Shown here piece by piece: positions 1-7,966 of a stretch of 64,000 nucleotides of DNA. The stretch lies in contig CAUVRF010000001.1 in the NCBI GenBank assembly GCA_963554245.1, positions 4,400-68,399 of the forward strand. Direction: 5' to 3'. The stretch comes from an uncultured Streptococcus sp. (GTDB lineage Bacteria > Bacillota > Bacilli > Lactobacillales > Streptococcaceae). The notes under the pieces are model-generated. The model saw only the letters and a program-made list of their open reading frames with translations. It made no database searches and had not been told where the DNA came from. The position numbers and the translations under genes are program-made. How positions within the stretch are numbered: the first letter of the stretch is position 1; every line of letters begins with the position of its first letter.

Positions 1-222
1 GGGGATACCCTCATTCCGCCATTTGTAGCAATGGATGGTCTGGGAGAGAACGTTGCTAAGCAGTTGGTACGAGCGCGTGAAGAGGGAGAATTCCTCTCTA
101 AGACAGAACTGCGCAAGCGTGGTGGACTTTCATCAACCTTGGTTGAAAAGATGGATGAAATGGGGATTCTCGGCAATATGCCAGAGGACAACCAGTTGAG
201 TTTGTTTGATGATTTGTTTTAA
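1..222 (+). CDS. polC: DNA polymerase III PolC, C-terminal end (5'-partial)
   Basis: Open frame from base 1 reads [42 protein letters not shown]...[10 protein letters not shown]. This is the PolC C-terminus, with a QLSLF beta-clamp motif. Confidence 0.95.
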   Translation, partial: GDTLIPPFVAMDGLGENVAKQLVRAREEGEFLSKTELRKRGGLSSTLVEKMDEMGILGNMPEDNQLSLFDDLF

Positions 223-245
223 GAGTTAGAACGGAGAACATCTTT

Positions 246-395
246 ATGAAACTTAGAATCTTTGCGGAAGACAAACCAGCTGAAAAGGTTTTTGACTATC
301 AGCTAGAGCTGGCAGATGAAACAATTATCCTATCGACAGTGCTTCTGTCGGGTGCCATTGCTTTAGCAGGATTGTTTTCTGCTTTAAAAGATTAA
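246..395 (+). CDS. Small hypothetical membrane protein, 49 aa (below the ORF-track cutoff)
   Basis: GGAGAA RBS precedes ATG246. Translation MKLRIFAEDKPAEKVFDYQLELADETIILSTVLLSGAIALAGLFSALKD has one C-terminal hydrophobic helix. Confidence 0.65.
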   Translation: MKLRIFAEDKPAEKVFDYQLELADETIILSTVLLSGAIALAGLFSALKD

Positions 396-439
396 ACCGA
401 GAAATTCTGTTTTCAGGTGTTTTCGTTAGAACTGGAATG

Positions 440-448
440 TGTTATAAT
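440..448 (+). promoter_or_regulatory. Extended -10 promoter for the AAA ATPase cassette
   Basis: TGTTATAAT (TGnTATAAT) about 80 nt upstream of GTG530. An AAAGGAG RBS precedes the start. Confidence 0.65.
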
Positions 449-529
449 TTTGTTGTGTGGAGTAGATGGAGGTGAGTTGGAAAATCAATTCATTTTCATG
501 AATAGTGAGACGAAGAAAAGGAGAAGAGA

Positions 530-3292
530 GTGGCGAGATATTTAGTAGGTCCCTATAACAATAGTTGGAACTTTATGGATGCAGTTGAAAAAGCTCAAAA
601 CGGGGACACGATTGAATTTGAGGATGGGTATGCCTTTCAATGGCCAACAGATAGAGTCATTGTGATTAAAAAGAACCTTCATTTTGTGGGGCATGTAGTT
701 CCAAATCCAAATGGTAATGGGCGCTTATTTAATAATACGATTGAAGCGTCATTTCAGATTGCAGGCGGCGCTGAGGTTTCCTTTGAAAATCTATGGTTTA
801 AAATAACAGATAATTATGCGACCTTTTCAGTATTAGCTGGCTCTAAAATTTCCTGCAATCAGATTTATTTCGAAACAACTATCTCAGAAAATAAAAAATG
901 CATGATTTATGCAGAAGCAAAATCAAAAGTGATATTAAATGATGTAGGAATGTCTACCCCTGAGAAACACAATAGTATGATCAAAATAGACAGTTCAGAA
1001 TTGTCTATTAGTGATGCAACGATTTTATCTCGTATCTATGCGGTGGGTGGTTCTAAGATATCTTTAGACAATGTTTATCTTCAAAAATATGATCATAATG
1101 CGATCAATGTCAGAAATTCAGAGGTTACCTTAAAGAATTGTACAGTCAAAGGTGGTAATCTGGAGAAAGGATACCCAATAATCTGGCTAAAAAACGTTAT
1201 CTGGCAGTCGGAAAATTCCGTATTGGAGATGCCAGGATTTACCGCAGTAAACTTGACAAAAAACGTTCGTTTTGGTACAGTATCAGATAGAATTTCAGCC
1301 TTGAGTTCGTTTGAGAGTACAGTTCTAGCTCATGATATGACAATCACTGAATTTTTAGGAATTGATAAAGAATCTTTTGCTTCCTTAAAAGGAGTAACAA
1401 ATTTTCTTACAGAGAGTCAGAAAAAGATTCCATTTGGTGCTTTTACAAATAGTGTAGTGCTCGCAGATCAGATGATTTTTCACAAACTATTTGCTCCTAA
1501 TCTTCGTATCAAGGGTTCATCTTTTGTGAAAACAAATGCTCTTTCATATGCGCAAGGAGATGCTCGGGATCTTAAAATTGAATTAGAGGATGGCTCAGAC
1601 TATATTGTTGGGAAAGAATCTGCTCAAGGTGGTAGCACAGCTAATTCTGCAACGGGTGAAGTCGGAGTTGAAAAACGTGATGCTCTTGAGGAATTGAACA
1701 ATCTAGTTGGTCTTGAGAAGGTCAAACATGAGATCAAGAAGATGATCAATATGGTAGAGTTCAATAAAAAACGGATTGCTAGTGGCAAGACTCCTGAAAA
1801 GCAAACCTTACACGCTGCCTTTATGGGAAATCCTGGTACAGGAAAGACCACTGTAGCTCGTCTTTTGGGGGAAGCTCTGTATGAAGCAGGGGTTCTTTCT
1901 GGTGAAGAGTTCCGATTTGTCGAAGCAACCGAATCTGACTTGATCTCTTCTAGTGTCGGTGGTACAGCCGAGCAAACGCAACACCTACTTGAAAAAGCAC
2001 GTGGAGGAATCCTCTTTATTGACGAAGCTTACAGCTTGGATAAGAAAGGTAGCAGCGTCAACTTCGGAATTGAGGCTGTTAATACCATCCTCAAATTTAT
2101 GGAGGATAATCGTGATGATATCATGATTATTTTTGCGGGCTATACCAAAGAGATGGAAGAATTCTTCAAGACCAATCCTGGATTACGTTCGCGTGTACCA
2201 AACAACTTTATCTTTGAAGATTACACAGGGGATGAGATTGTTCAACTGGGTGAAATGATCTTGAAAAAAGGAGACTACAAGCTTGAAGACCGTGATTACT
2301 ATGCTCGTCATGTCAAACGTGCTTATGATGGTTCGCTAGATAAGAGTAATGGTCGCTGGATCCGTAACCTGGATGAGCAATTGACCAAGACCTTGGCGGA
2401 TCGTGTTGTGGCCCAAGGATCTGATGATATCGAGACAATCCTTAATATCGATATTGATGCTGTCCTCAATCAAGGCAAGTACCAGGAAGGTGCAGATAAG
2501 GAAGAAGACGGTATGGCAGCCCTCAACCGCTTGATTGGTATTCCAAAAGTCAAAGAGCAAGTAGAACAATTTGTAGCCATGGCAGAGTTTAACCAAAAAC
2601 GGGCTGAACAAGGGGGTGTTGTAGCAGATACGACCTTGCACTCACTCTTTCTTGGAAACCCTGGTACAGGGAAGACAACCGTTGCTCGGATTTTAGGAAA
2701 TATTCTTTTCCAAAAGGGAGTGATCAAGCAGAAGAAATTTATTGAAGTTTCACGGAGCAATCTGGTTGGAGGTTACCAAGGTCATACAGCTTTGAAGACG
2801 CGCGAAGTCTTAGAAAGTGCCCTTGGTGGTGTCCTCTTTATCGATGAAGCTTATGCTCTTTATAAGGATTCAAACGATAGTTTTGGGAAGGAAGCTTTAG
2901 ATGAAATCCTCAAATTTATGGAGGATCATCGTCGTGATATCGTGATTATCTTTGCTGGATATACCAAGGAAATGTATGAGTTTCTACAAGTCAATTCAGG
3001 ATTGCAAAGTCGGATTCCGACCACTTTCGATTTTGAAGATTATACACCTGATGAGATTGTTGAGATTGGACTTTTAGGACTTCATAAACAAGGTTATCAG
3101 GTCAATAAAGCTCTTTACGCGGATGTTGTGAAATTAAGTTATACACGTTCTAATGACAATAGCAATGGTCGCTGGGTTCGGAACTTTAACGAAAAACTTT
3201 TGCGTCAAGTTTCTACACGTGTAGCACGGGACGGAAGTAGCGATTACAACTCTATTTTGGATCAAGATTTAGAAGTATTAAGGGAGAATTGA
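530..3292 (+). CDS. Tandem AAA+ ATPase (two CbbX/SpoVK/EccA-like modules) with a predicted N-terminal right-handed beta-helix domain
   Basis: Two GNPGTGKT Walker A motifs (1826, 2654), two LFIDEAY Walker B motifs, AGY, PGLRSR/SGLQSR and SNGRW(I/V)RN. The N-terminus DAVEKAQNGDTIEFEDGY is a typical beta-helix capping motif, followed by I/V/N/S-rich strands. Confidence 0.9.
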   Translation: MARYLVGPYNNSWNFMDAVEKAQNGDTIEFEDGYAFQWPTDRVIVIKKNLHFVGHVVPNPNGNGRLFNNTIEASFQIAGGAEVSFENLWFKITDNYATFSVLAGSKISCNQIYFETTISENKKCMIYAEAKSKVILNDVGMSTPEKHNSMIKIDSSELSISDATILSRIYAVGGSKISLDNVYLQKYDHNAINVRNSEVTLKNCTVKGGNLEKGYPIIWLKNVIWQSENSVLEMPGFTAVNLTKNVRFGTVSDRISALSSFESTVLAHDMTITEFLGIDKESFASLKGVTNFLTESQKKIPFGAFTNSVVLADQMIFHKLFAPNLRIKGSSFVKTNALSYAQGDARDLKIELEDGSDYIVGKESAQGGSTANSATGEVGVEKRDALEELNNLVGLEKVKHEIKKMINMVEFNKKRIASGKTPEKQTLHAAFMGNPGTGKTTVARLLGEALYEAGVLSGEEFRFVEATESDLISSSVGGTAEQTQHLLEKARGGILFIDEAYSLDKKGSSVNFGIEAVNTILKFMEDNRDDIMIIFAGYTKEMEEFFKTNPGLRSRVPNNFIFEDYTGDEIVQLGEMILKKGDYKLEDRDYYARHVKRAYDGSLDKSNGRWIRNLDEQLTKTLADRVVAQGSDDIETILNIDIDAVLNQGKYQEGADKEEDGMAALNRLIGIPKVKEQVEQFVAMAEFNQKRAEQGGVVADTTLHSLFLGNPGTGKTTVARILGNILFQKGVIKQKKFIEVSRSNLVGGYQGHTALKTREVLESALGGVLFIDEAYALYKDSNDSFGKEALDEILKFMEDHRRDIVIIFAGYTKEMYEFLQVNSGLQSRIPTTFDFEDYTPDEIVEIGLLGLHKQGYQVNKALYADVVKLSYTRSNDNSNGRWVRNFNEKLLRQVSTRVARDGSSDYNSILDQDLEVLREN

Positions 3293-3293
3293 A

Positions 3294-3992
3294 ATGGCAG
3301 ATAAAAATGACTATGTAGCACCTCCGGGAGTCAGCAGTGGACAATCCGATTATGTAGCTCCACCAGGTCAGACAGTCCAACAAAATGACTATGTAACACC
3401 ACTGAGTGTTCAATCTTCACAGCAAAGTGATTATGTAACACCTCCTGGTGCACAGGGAACAAAACAATCAGATTATGTGCCTCCTCAACAAGGTCAAGCT
3501 AGTTCCCACCAAGAACAAGGCTACTTTGATACGCCGTCTGCTCCATGGACTATGTATCTGACAGGCTATCTCTTTATCATGTTAATGATTGTCTGGAACG
3601 GAGAAAATGGCTTGTTTATGAAATTGTTAGGAACGGCCTACACCCTTCTTTCTAACTACACCTTATCTTGGTATTCGGATTACAAACGATTTGAAAATGG
3701 ACCTTTTGCTTGGTTCTTTACCCGTTTTGGAAGTGCGAAGTTTGGCTATGCTTCCTCTGCATCCATGAACTACCAAAAAGTTCGTGTATCTCGTGGTGTA
3801 TTTGGGAACTATACAGGGACATCCAGTACGGATTGGGGCCAACATATTTTGACCGCAGTCATTGTTACTGTAGTGGCTGAACTATTGCGATTCTTTATCT
3901 GTATCTCAATCGCCTTTATTACACTCTTTACTCATAAAACCACTGTCGCAAAATATACGTATGCTTTGCAACAGTGGCTCAATCAACAGTAA
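3294..3992 (+). CDS. Hypothetical membrane protein with N-terminal DYVxP repeats
   Basis: Starts 1 nt after the AAA stop, with an AAGGGAG RBS inside the AAA 3' end. It has a Q/S/P/G-rich tail with 5 repeats, then 3-4 hydrophobic segments. Confidence 0.85.
   Translation: MADKNDYVAPPGVSSGQSDYVAPPGQTVQQNDYVTPLSVQSSQQSDYVTPPGAQGTKQSDYVPPQQGQASSHQEQGYFDTPSAPWTMYLTGYLFIMLMIVWNGENGLFMKLLGTAYTLLSNYTLSWYSDYKRFENGPFAWFFTRFGSAKFGYASSASMNYQKVRVSRGVFGNYTGTSSTDWGQHILTAVIVTVVAELLRFFICISIAFITLFTHKTTVAKYTYALQQWLNQQ
3306..3485 (+). repeat. Five degenerate in-frame repeats (39-42 nt period) encoding [N/S]DYV[A/T/P]P
   Basis: Units start at 3306, 3345, 3384, 3426 and 3468 (aatgactatgta / tccgattatgta / aatgactatgta / agtgattatgta / tcagattatgtg). 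Confidence 0.9.
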
Positions 3993-4000
3993 GTGAATCA

Positions 4001-4027
4001 GGATTCTGCAGGAGCGGAATCCTTTTT
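4001..4027 (+). terminator. Rho-independent terminator closing the two-gene cassette
   Basis: GGATTCTGC-agga-GCGGAATCC followed by TTTTT. Confidence 0.8.
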
Positions 4028-4081
4028 GCATGGATTTATGGTATACTAGGAGAAGATTATTCACTTATAAAGGAGAAAGCA

Positions 4082-5323
4082 ATGGTTTTACCAAATTTTA
4101 AAGAAAATCTAGAAAAATATGCGAAATTATTGGTTGCGAATGGAATTAACGTGCAGCCTGGTCACACTTTGGCTCTCTCTATCGATGTGGAGCAACGTGA
4201 GTTGGCGCATTTAATCGTGAAAGAAGCTTATGCCTTGGGTGCGCATGAGGTTATTGTTCAGTGGACAGATGATGTGATTAACCGTGAGAAATTCCTCTAT
4301 GCTCCGATGGAGCGTCTGGACAATGTGCCAGAATACAAGATTGCTGAAATGAACTATCTCTTGGAGAACAAGGCTAGCCGTCTTGGTGTCCGTTCTTCTG
4401 ACCCAGGTGCCTTGAACGGTGTGGACGCTGACAAGCTTTCAGCTTCTGCTAAAGCGATGGGACTTGCTATGAAGCCAATGCGCATCGCAACGCAATCCAA
4501 CAAGGTTAGCTGGACTGTAGCTGCCGCTGCTGGGCTTGAGTGGGCTAAGAAAGTCTTTCCAAATGCTGCGAGCGATGAAGAAGCAGTTGATCTTCTTTGG
4601 GATCAAATCTTCAAAACTTGCCGTGTCTATGAAGAAGATCCAGTTAAGGCTTGGGAAGAACATGCAGCCATTCTTAAGAGCAAGGCAGATATGCTTAATA
4701 AGGAGCAATTTTCAGCCCTTCACTACACAGCGCCAGGGACAGATTTGACACTTGGTTTACCTAAGAACCACGTTTGGGAATCAGCTGGTGCTGTCAATGC
4801 ACAGGGCGAAGGATTTTTGCCAAATATGCCAACAGAGGAAGTCTTTACGGCTCCTGACTTCCGTCTCGCAGATGGCTATGTCACTTCTACAAAACCACTT
4901 AGCTATAACGGGAATATCATTGAGGGGATTAAAGTGACCTTTGAAAATGGTCAAATCGTAGATATCACTGCTGAGAAGGGTGATCAGGTCATGAAAGACC
5001 TTGTCTTTGAAAATGCGGGTGCGCGTGCCTTGGGTGAATGTGCCTTGGTACCAGATCCAAGTCCAATTTCTCAATCAGGCATTACCTTCTTTAACACCCT
5101 TTTCGATGAGAATGCTTCAAACCACTTGGCTATCGGTGCAGCCTATGCGACCAGCGTCGTTGGTGGTGCAGAGATGAGCGAAGAAGAGCTTGAAGCTGCA
5201 GGACTGAACCGTTCAGATGTTCACGTGGACTTTATGATTGGGTCGAATCAAATGGATATTGATGGTATCCGTGAGGATGGAACACGCGTACCACTCTTCC
5301 GTAATGGAGACTGGGCAAATTAA
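4082..5323 (+). CDS. pepS: Aminopeptidase PepS (M29 family)
   Basis: MVLPNFKENLEKYA..., with NMPTEEVFTAP, FDENASNHLAIG and HVDFMIG motifs. AAGGAG RBS precedes ATG4082, with its own TGGTATACT promoter. Confidence 0.95.
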   Translation: MVLPNFKENLEKYAKLLVANGINVQPGHTLALSIDVEQRELAHLIVKEAYALGAHEVIVQWTDDVINREKFLYAPMERLDNVPEYKIAEMNYLLENKASRLGVRSSDPGALNGVDADKLSASAKAMGLAMKPMRIATQSNKVSWTVAAAAGLEWAKKVFPNAASDEEAVDLLWDQIFKTCRVYEEDPVKAWEEHAAILKSKADMLNKEQFSALHYTAPGTDLTLGLPKNHVWESAGAVNAQGEGFLPNMPTEEVFTAPDFRLADGYVTSTKPLSYNGNIIEGIKVTFENGQIVDITAEKGDQVMKDLVFENAGARALGECALVPDPSPISQSGITFFNTLFDENASNHLAIGAAYATSVVGGAEMSEEELEAAGLNRSDVHVDFMIGSNQMDIDGIREDGTRVPLFRNGDWAN

Positions 5324-5332
5324 GGAGAAGCT

Positions 5333-5563
5333 ATGATTGGAAGCATGTTTGTCGGCCTTTTAATCGGACTATTAGCTGGAGCTATTACCAATCGTGGAGA
5401 ACGTATGGGATGCTTTGGGAAGATGTTTCTCGGTTGGATTGGTGCCTTTCTAGGACAATTACTCTTTGGTTCTTGGGGGCCAAGCCTAAACGGTACAGCC
5501 ATTATCCCAGCAGTTCTTGGTGCCATGATTGTCTTAGCTATTTTTTGGAGACGAGGAAGTTAG
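5333..5563 (+). CDS. GlsB/YeaQ/YmgE-family small membrane protein
   Basis: 76 aa, three Gly-rich hydrophobic helices (LIGLLAGAI, LGWIGAFLG, PAVLGAMIV). Confidence 0.85.
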   Translation: MIGSMFVGLLIGLLAGAITNRGERMGCFGKMFLGWIGAFLGQLLFGSWGPSLNGTAIIPAVLGAMIVLAIFWRRGS

Positions 5564-5582
5564 CTTTCCGACTCTGAAAAGG

Positions 5583-5615
5583 AAAGGAGGTTGGCTATTG
5601 AGCCAGCCTCCTTTT
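5583..5615 (+). terminator. Rho-independent terminator
   Basis: AAAGGAGGTTGGCT-attg-AGCCAGCCTCCTTTT. Confidence 0.8.
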
Positions 5616-5635
5616 GAGTATGATATAATAGTTCT

Positions 5636-6358
5636 ATGAGATTAGATAAATTTTTAGTTGCCTGCGCTGTGGGGAGTCGGACTGAGGTCAAAAACTTGCT
5701 CAAGGCTGGGCGCGTGACGGTAAATGGTAAAAAAGAAAAGTCAGCTAAACTGCAGATTAATGAAGAAAGAGATGAGATTCGCTTTGATGGCCAAGTGCTA
5801 GAGTATGAAGAGTTTGTCTACTACATGATGAACAAGCCCCAAGGAGTCATTTCAGCGACTGAGGATTCTAAACACAGAACAGTGTTGGACTTGTTGGATG
5901 ATATTGCTCAGACCAAGGAAGTTTTTCCAGTAGGGCGCTTGGATATTGACACGCATGGCCTCCTGCTTTTGACCAATGACGGCCAGCTTGCCCATGCTCT
6001 TCTTTCACCAAAACGTCATGTGGATAAGACCTATCTGGCACACGTCGAGGGAATTATGACCCAAGAAGATGTGGAGACATTTGTCAAGGGCATTCCGCTC
6101 AAGGATTTTACCTGCCAGCCAGCTAAGCTGGAGATTGTGTCGGTAGATTCAGTAAAGAATCAAAGTCTGGTTCGTGTGACCATTGCTGAAGGGAAGTTCC
6201 ATCAAGTCAAGCGTATGGTGGCCTACTGTGGCAAGGAAGTGTTGGACTTACAACGTTTGACGATGGGAACTCTAGTCTTGGATGAGAACTTAGAACAAGG
6301 AGAATGGCGTCGCTTGACCAAGGAGGAGTTAGAAGTTCTCTTTGCAAGTATTGCTTAA
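5636..6358 (+). CDS. rsuA: rRNA pseudouridine synthase, RsuA family
   Basis: S4 domain MRLDKFL, catalytic GRLD, EGKFHQVKRM. Confidence 0.92.
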   Translation: MRLDKFLVACAVGSRTEVKNLLKAGRVTVNGKKEKSAKLQINEERDEIRFDGQVLEYEEFVYYMMNKPQGVISATEDSKHRTVLDLLDDIAQTKEVFPVGRLDIDTHGLLLLTNDGQLAHALLSPKRHVDKTYLAHVEGIMTQEDVETFVKGIPLKDFTCQPAKLEIVSVDSVKNQSLVRVTIAEGKFHQVKRMVAYCGKEVLDLQRLTMGTLVLDENLEQGEWRRLTKEELEVLFASIA

Positions 6359-6468
6359 TTTGCTTTATATTAGAAAAAGGTGAGGAGAATGTCCTTACCT
6401 TTTTCATTTTTCAGTTGCTTCCTTTGTGAAAAGAGTTATAATAGACAGTAGAATAAAAGGAGGAATCT

Positions 6469-7803
6469 ATGAACGCGATTCAAGAATCATTTACAGATAA
6501 ACTATTTGCCAACTATGAAGCAAATGTCAAATACCAAGCGATCGAAAATGCTGCCAGTCACAACGGAATTTTTGCAGCTCTAGAACGTCGCCAAAGTCAT
6601 GTAGACAATGCACCTGTTTTCTCATTGGATTTGACCAAGGACAAGGTTACTAACCAGAAAGCGTCTGGTCGTTGCTGGATGTTTGCAGCTCTCAACACCT
6701 TCCGTCACAAACTCATTTCTCAATATAAATTGGAAAACTTTGAATTGTCACAAGCCCACACTTTCTTCTGGGACAAGTATGAAAAATCTAACTGGTTCTT
6801 GGAGCAAGTCATTGCGACTGCAGATCAAGAATTGACGAGCCGTAAGGTTAGCTTCCTACTCCAAACTCCACAACAAGACGGTGGACAGTGGGATATGGTC
6901 GTGGCCCTCTTTGAGAAATATGGTGTCGTTCCTAAGTCTGTTTATCCTGAGTCTGTTTCATCTAGCAGTAGCCGTGAGCTCAATGCAATTCTTAACAAAT
7001 TGCTCCGCCAAGATGCCCAAATCTTGCGTGACTTGCTTGCCTCTGGTGCAGACCAAGCGGCTGTTCAAGCTAAGAAAGAAGACCTCTTGCAAGAAATCTT
7101 TAACTTCCTTGCCATGTCACTAGGACTTCCACCACGTAAATTTGACTTTGCTTATCGTGATAAGGATGACAATTACCAAAGTGAAAAAGGAATCACACCA
7201 CAGGAATTTTACAAGAAATATGTCAATCTTCCTCTAGAAGACTACGTTTCTGTTATCAATGCTCCAACTGCTGACAAGCCTTACGGAAAATCTTACACAG
7301 TAGAAATGTTAGGAAATGTAGTTGGTAGCCGTGCAGTTCGCTACATCAACGTTCCAATGGAACGCTTGAAAGAATTGGCGATTGCCCAAATGCAAACAGG
7401 AGAAACTGTTTGGTTTGGTTCAGATGTCGGCCAACTTAGCAACCGCAAAGCTGGAATCCTTGCGACAGATGTTTATGATTTTGAATCAAGCATGGACATT
7501 AAACTCACTCAAGACAAGGCTGGACGTTTAGACTATAGCGAAAGCTTGATGACCCACGCCATGGTCTTGACAGGTGTTGATTTGGATGAAAATGGCAAGT
7601 CAACCAAGTGGAAGGTTGAAAACTCATGGGGAGACAAGGTCGGTACAGATGGTTACTTTGTTGCCTCAGACGCTTGGATGGACGAATACACTTACCAAAT
7701 CGTTGTCCGTAAGGAATTGCTGACAGCAGAAGAACAAGCTGCCTATGAAGCAGAACCAATCGTACTTGCACCATGGGATCCAATGGGAGCCTTGGCAGAA
7801 TAA
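6469..7803 (+). CDS. pepC: Cysteine aminopeptidase C
   Basis: QKASGRCWMFA, THAMVLTG and WKVENSWG motifs, with C-terminal PWDPMGALA. Confidence 0.97.
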   Translation: MNAIQESFTDKLFANYEANVKYQAIENAASHNGIFAALERRQSHVDNAPVFSLDLTKDKVTNQKASGRCWMFAALNTFRHKLISQYKLENFELSQAHTFFWDKYEKSNWFLEQVIATADQELTSRKVSFLLQTPQQDGGQWDMVVALFEKYGVVPKSVYPESVSSSSSRELNAILNKLLRQDAQILRDLLASGADQAAVQAKKEDLLQEIFNFLAMSLGLPPRKFDFAYRDKDDNYQSEKGITPQEFYKKYVNLPLEDYVSVINAPTADKPYGKSYTVEMLGNVVGSRAVRYINVPMERLKELAIAQMQTGETVWFGSDVGQLSNRKAGILATDVYDFESSMDIKLTQDKAGRLDYSESLMTHAMVLTGVDLDENGKSTKWKVENSWGDKVGTDGYFVASDAWMDEYTYQIVVRKELLTAEEQAAYEAEPIVLAPWDPMGALAE

Positions 7804-7966
7804 AGTCTAAAGAAAAGAGGTTAGGGGAATCCTAGCCTTTTCTTAGTGCTTCTTAAAGTGGTGATAGATAATGCTTGCCAAGGGAGTTCTTCTTAGTTTG
7901 AGTCTTTAAGTGACAGAGGGAAAGATATGTGTTATTATAGCAGTACAAAAGGATATCGGAGTAGAA

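Noticed and set aside
530..3292. Calling the AAA protein EccA/T7SS, SpoVK or CbbX proper
   Set aside because: Only the ATPase clade is shared. There is no WXG100, EssC/FtsK, Rubisco or sporulation context, and the architecture (beta-helix plus two AAA modules) differs.
3306..3485. CRISPR-like array or DNA-level VNTR
   Set aside because: The repeats are degenerate at synonymous positions, in frame and conserved only as peptide. No cas genes are present.
3974..4081. 36-aa N-terminal extension of PepS in the ORF track
   Set aside because: It spans a terminator and the pepS promoter. The RBS supports ATG4082.
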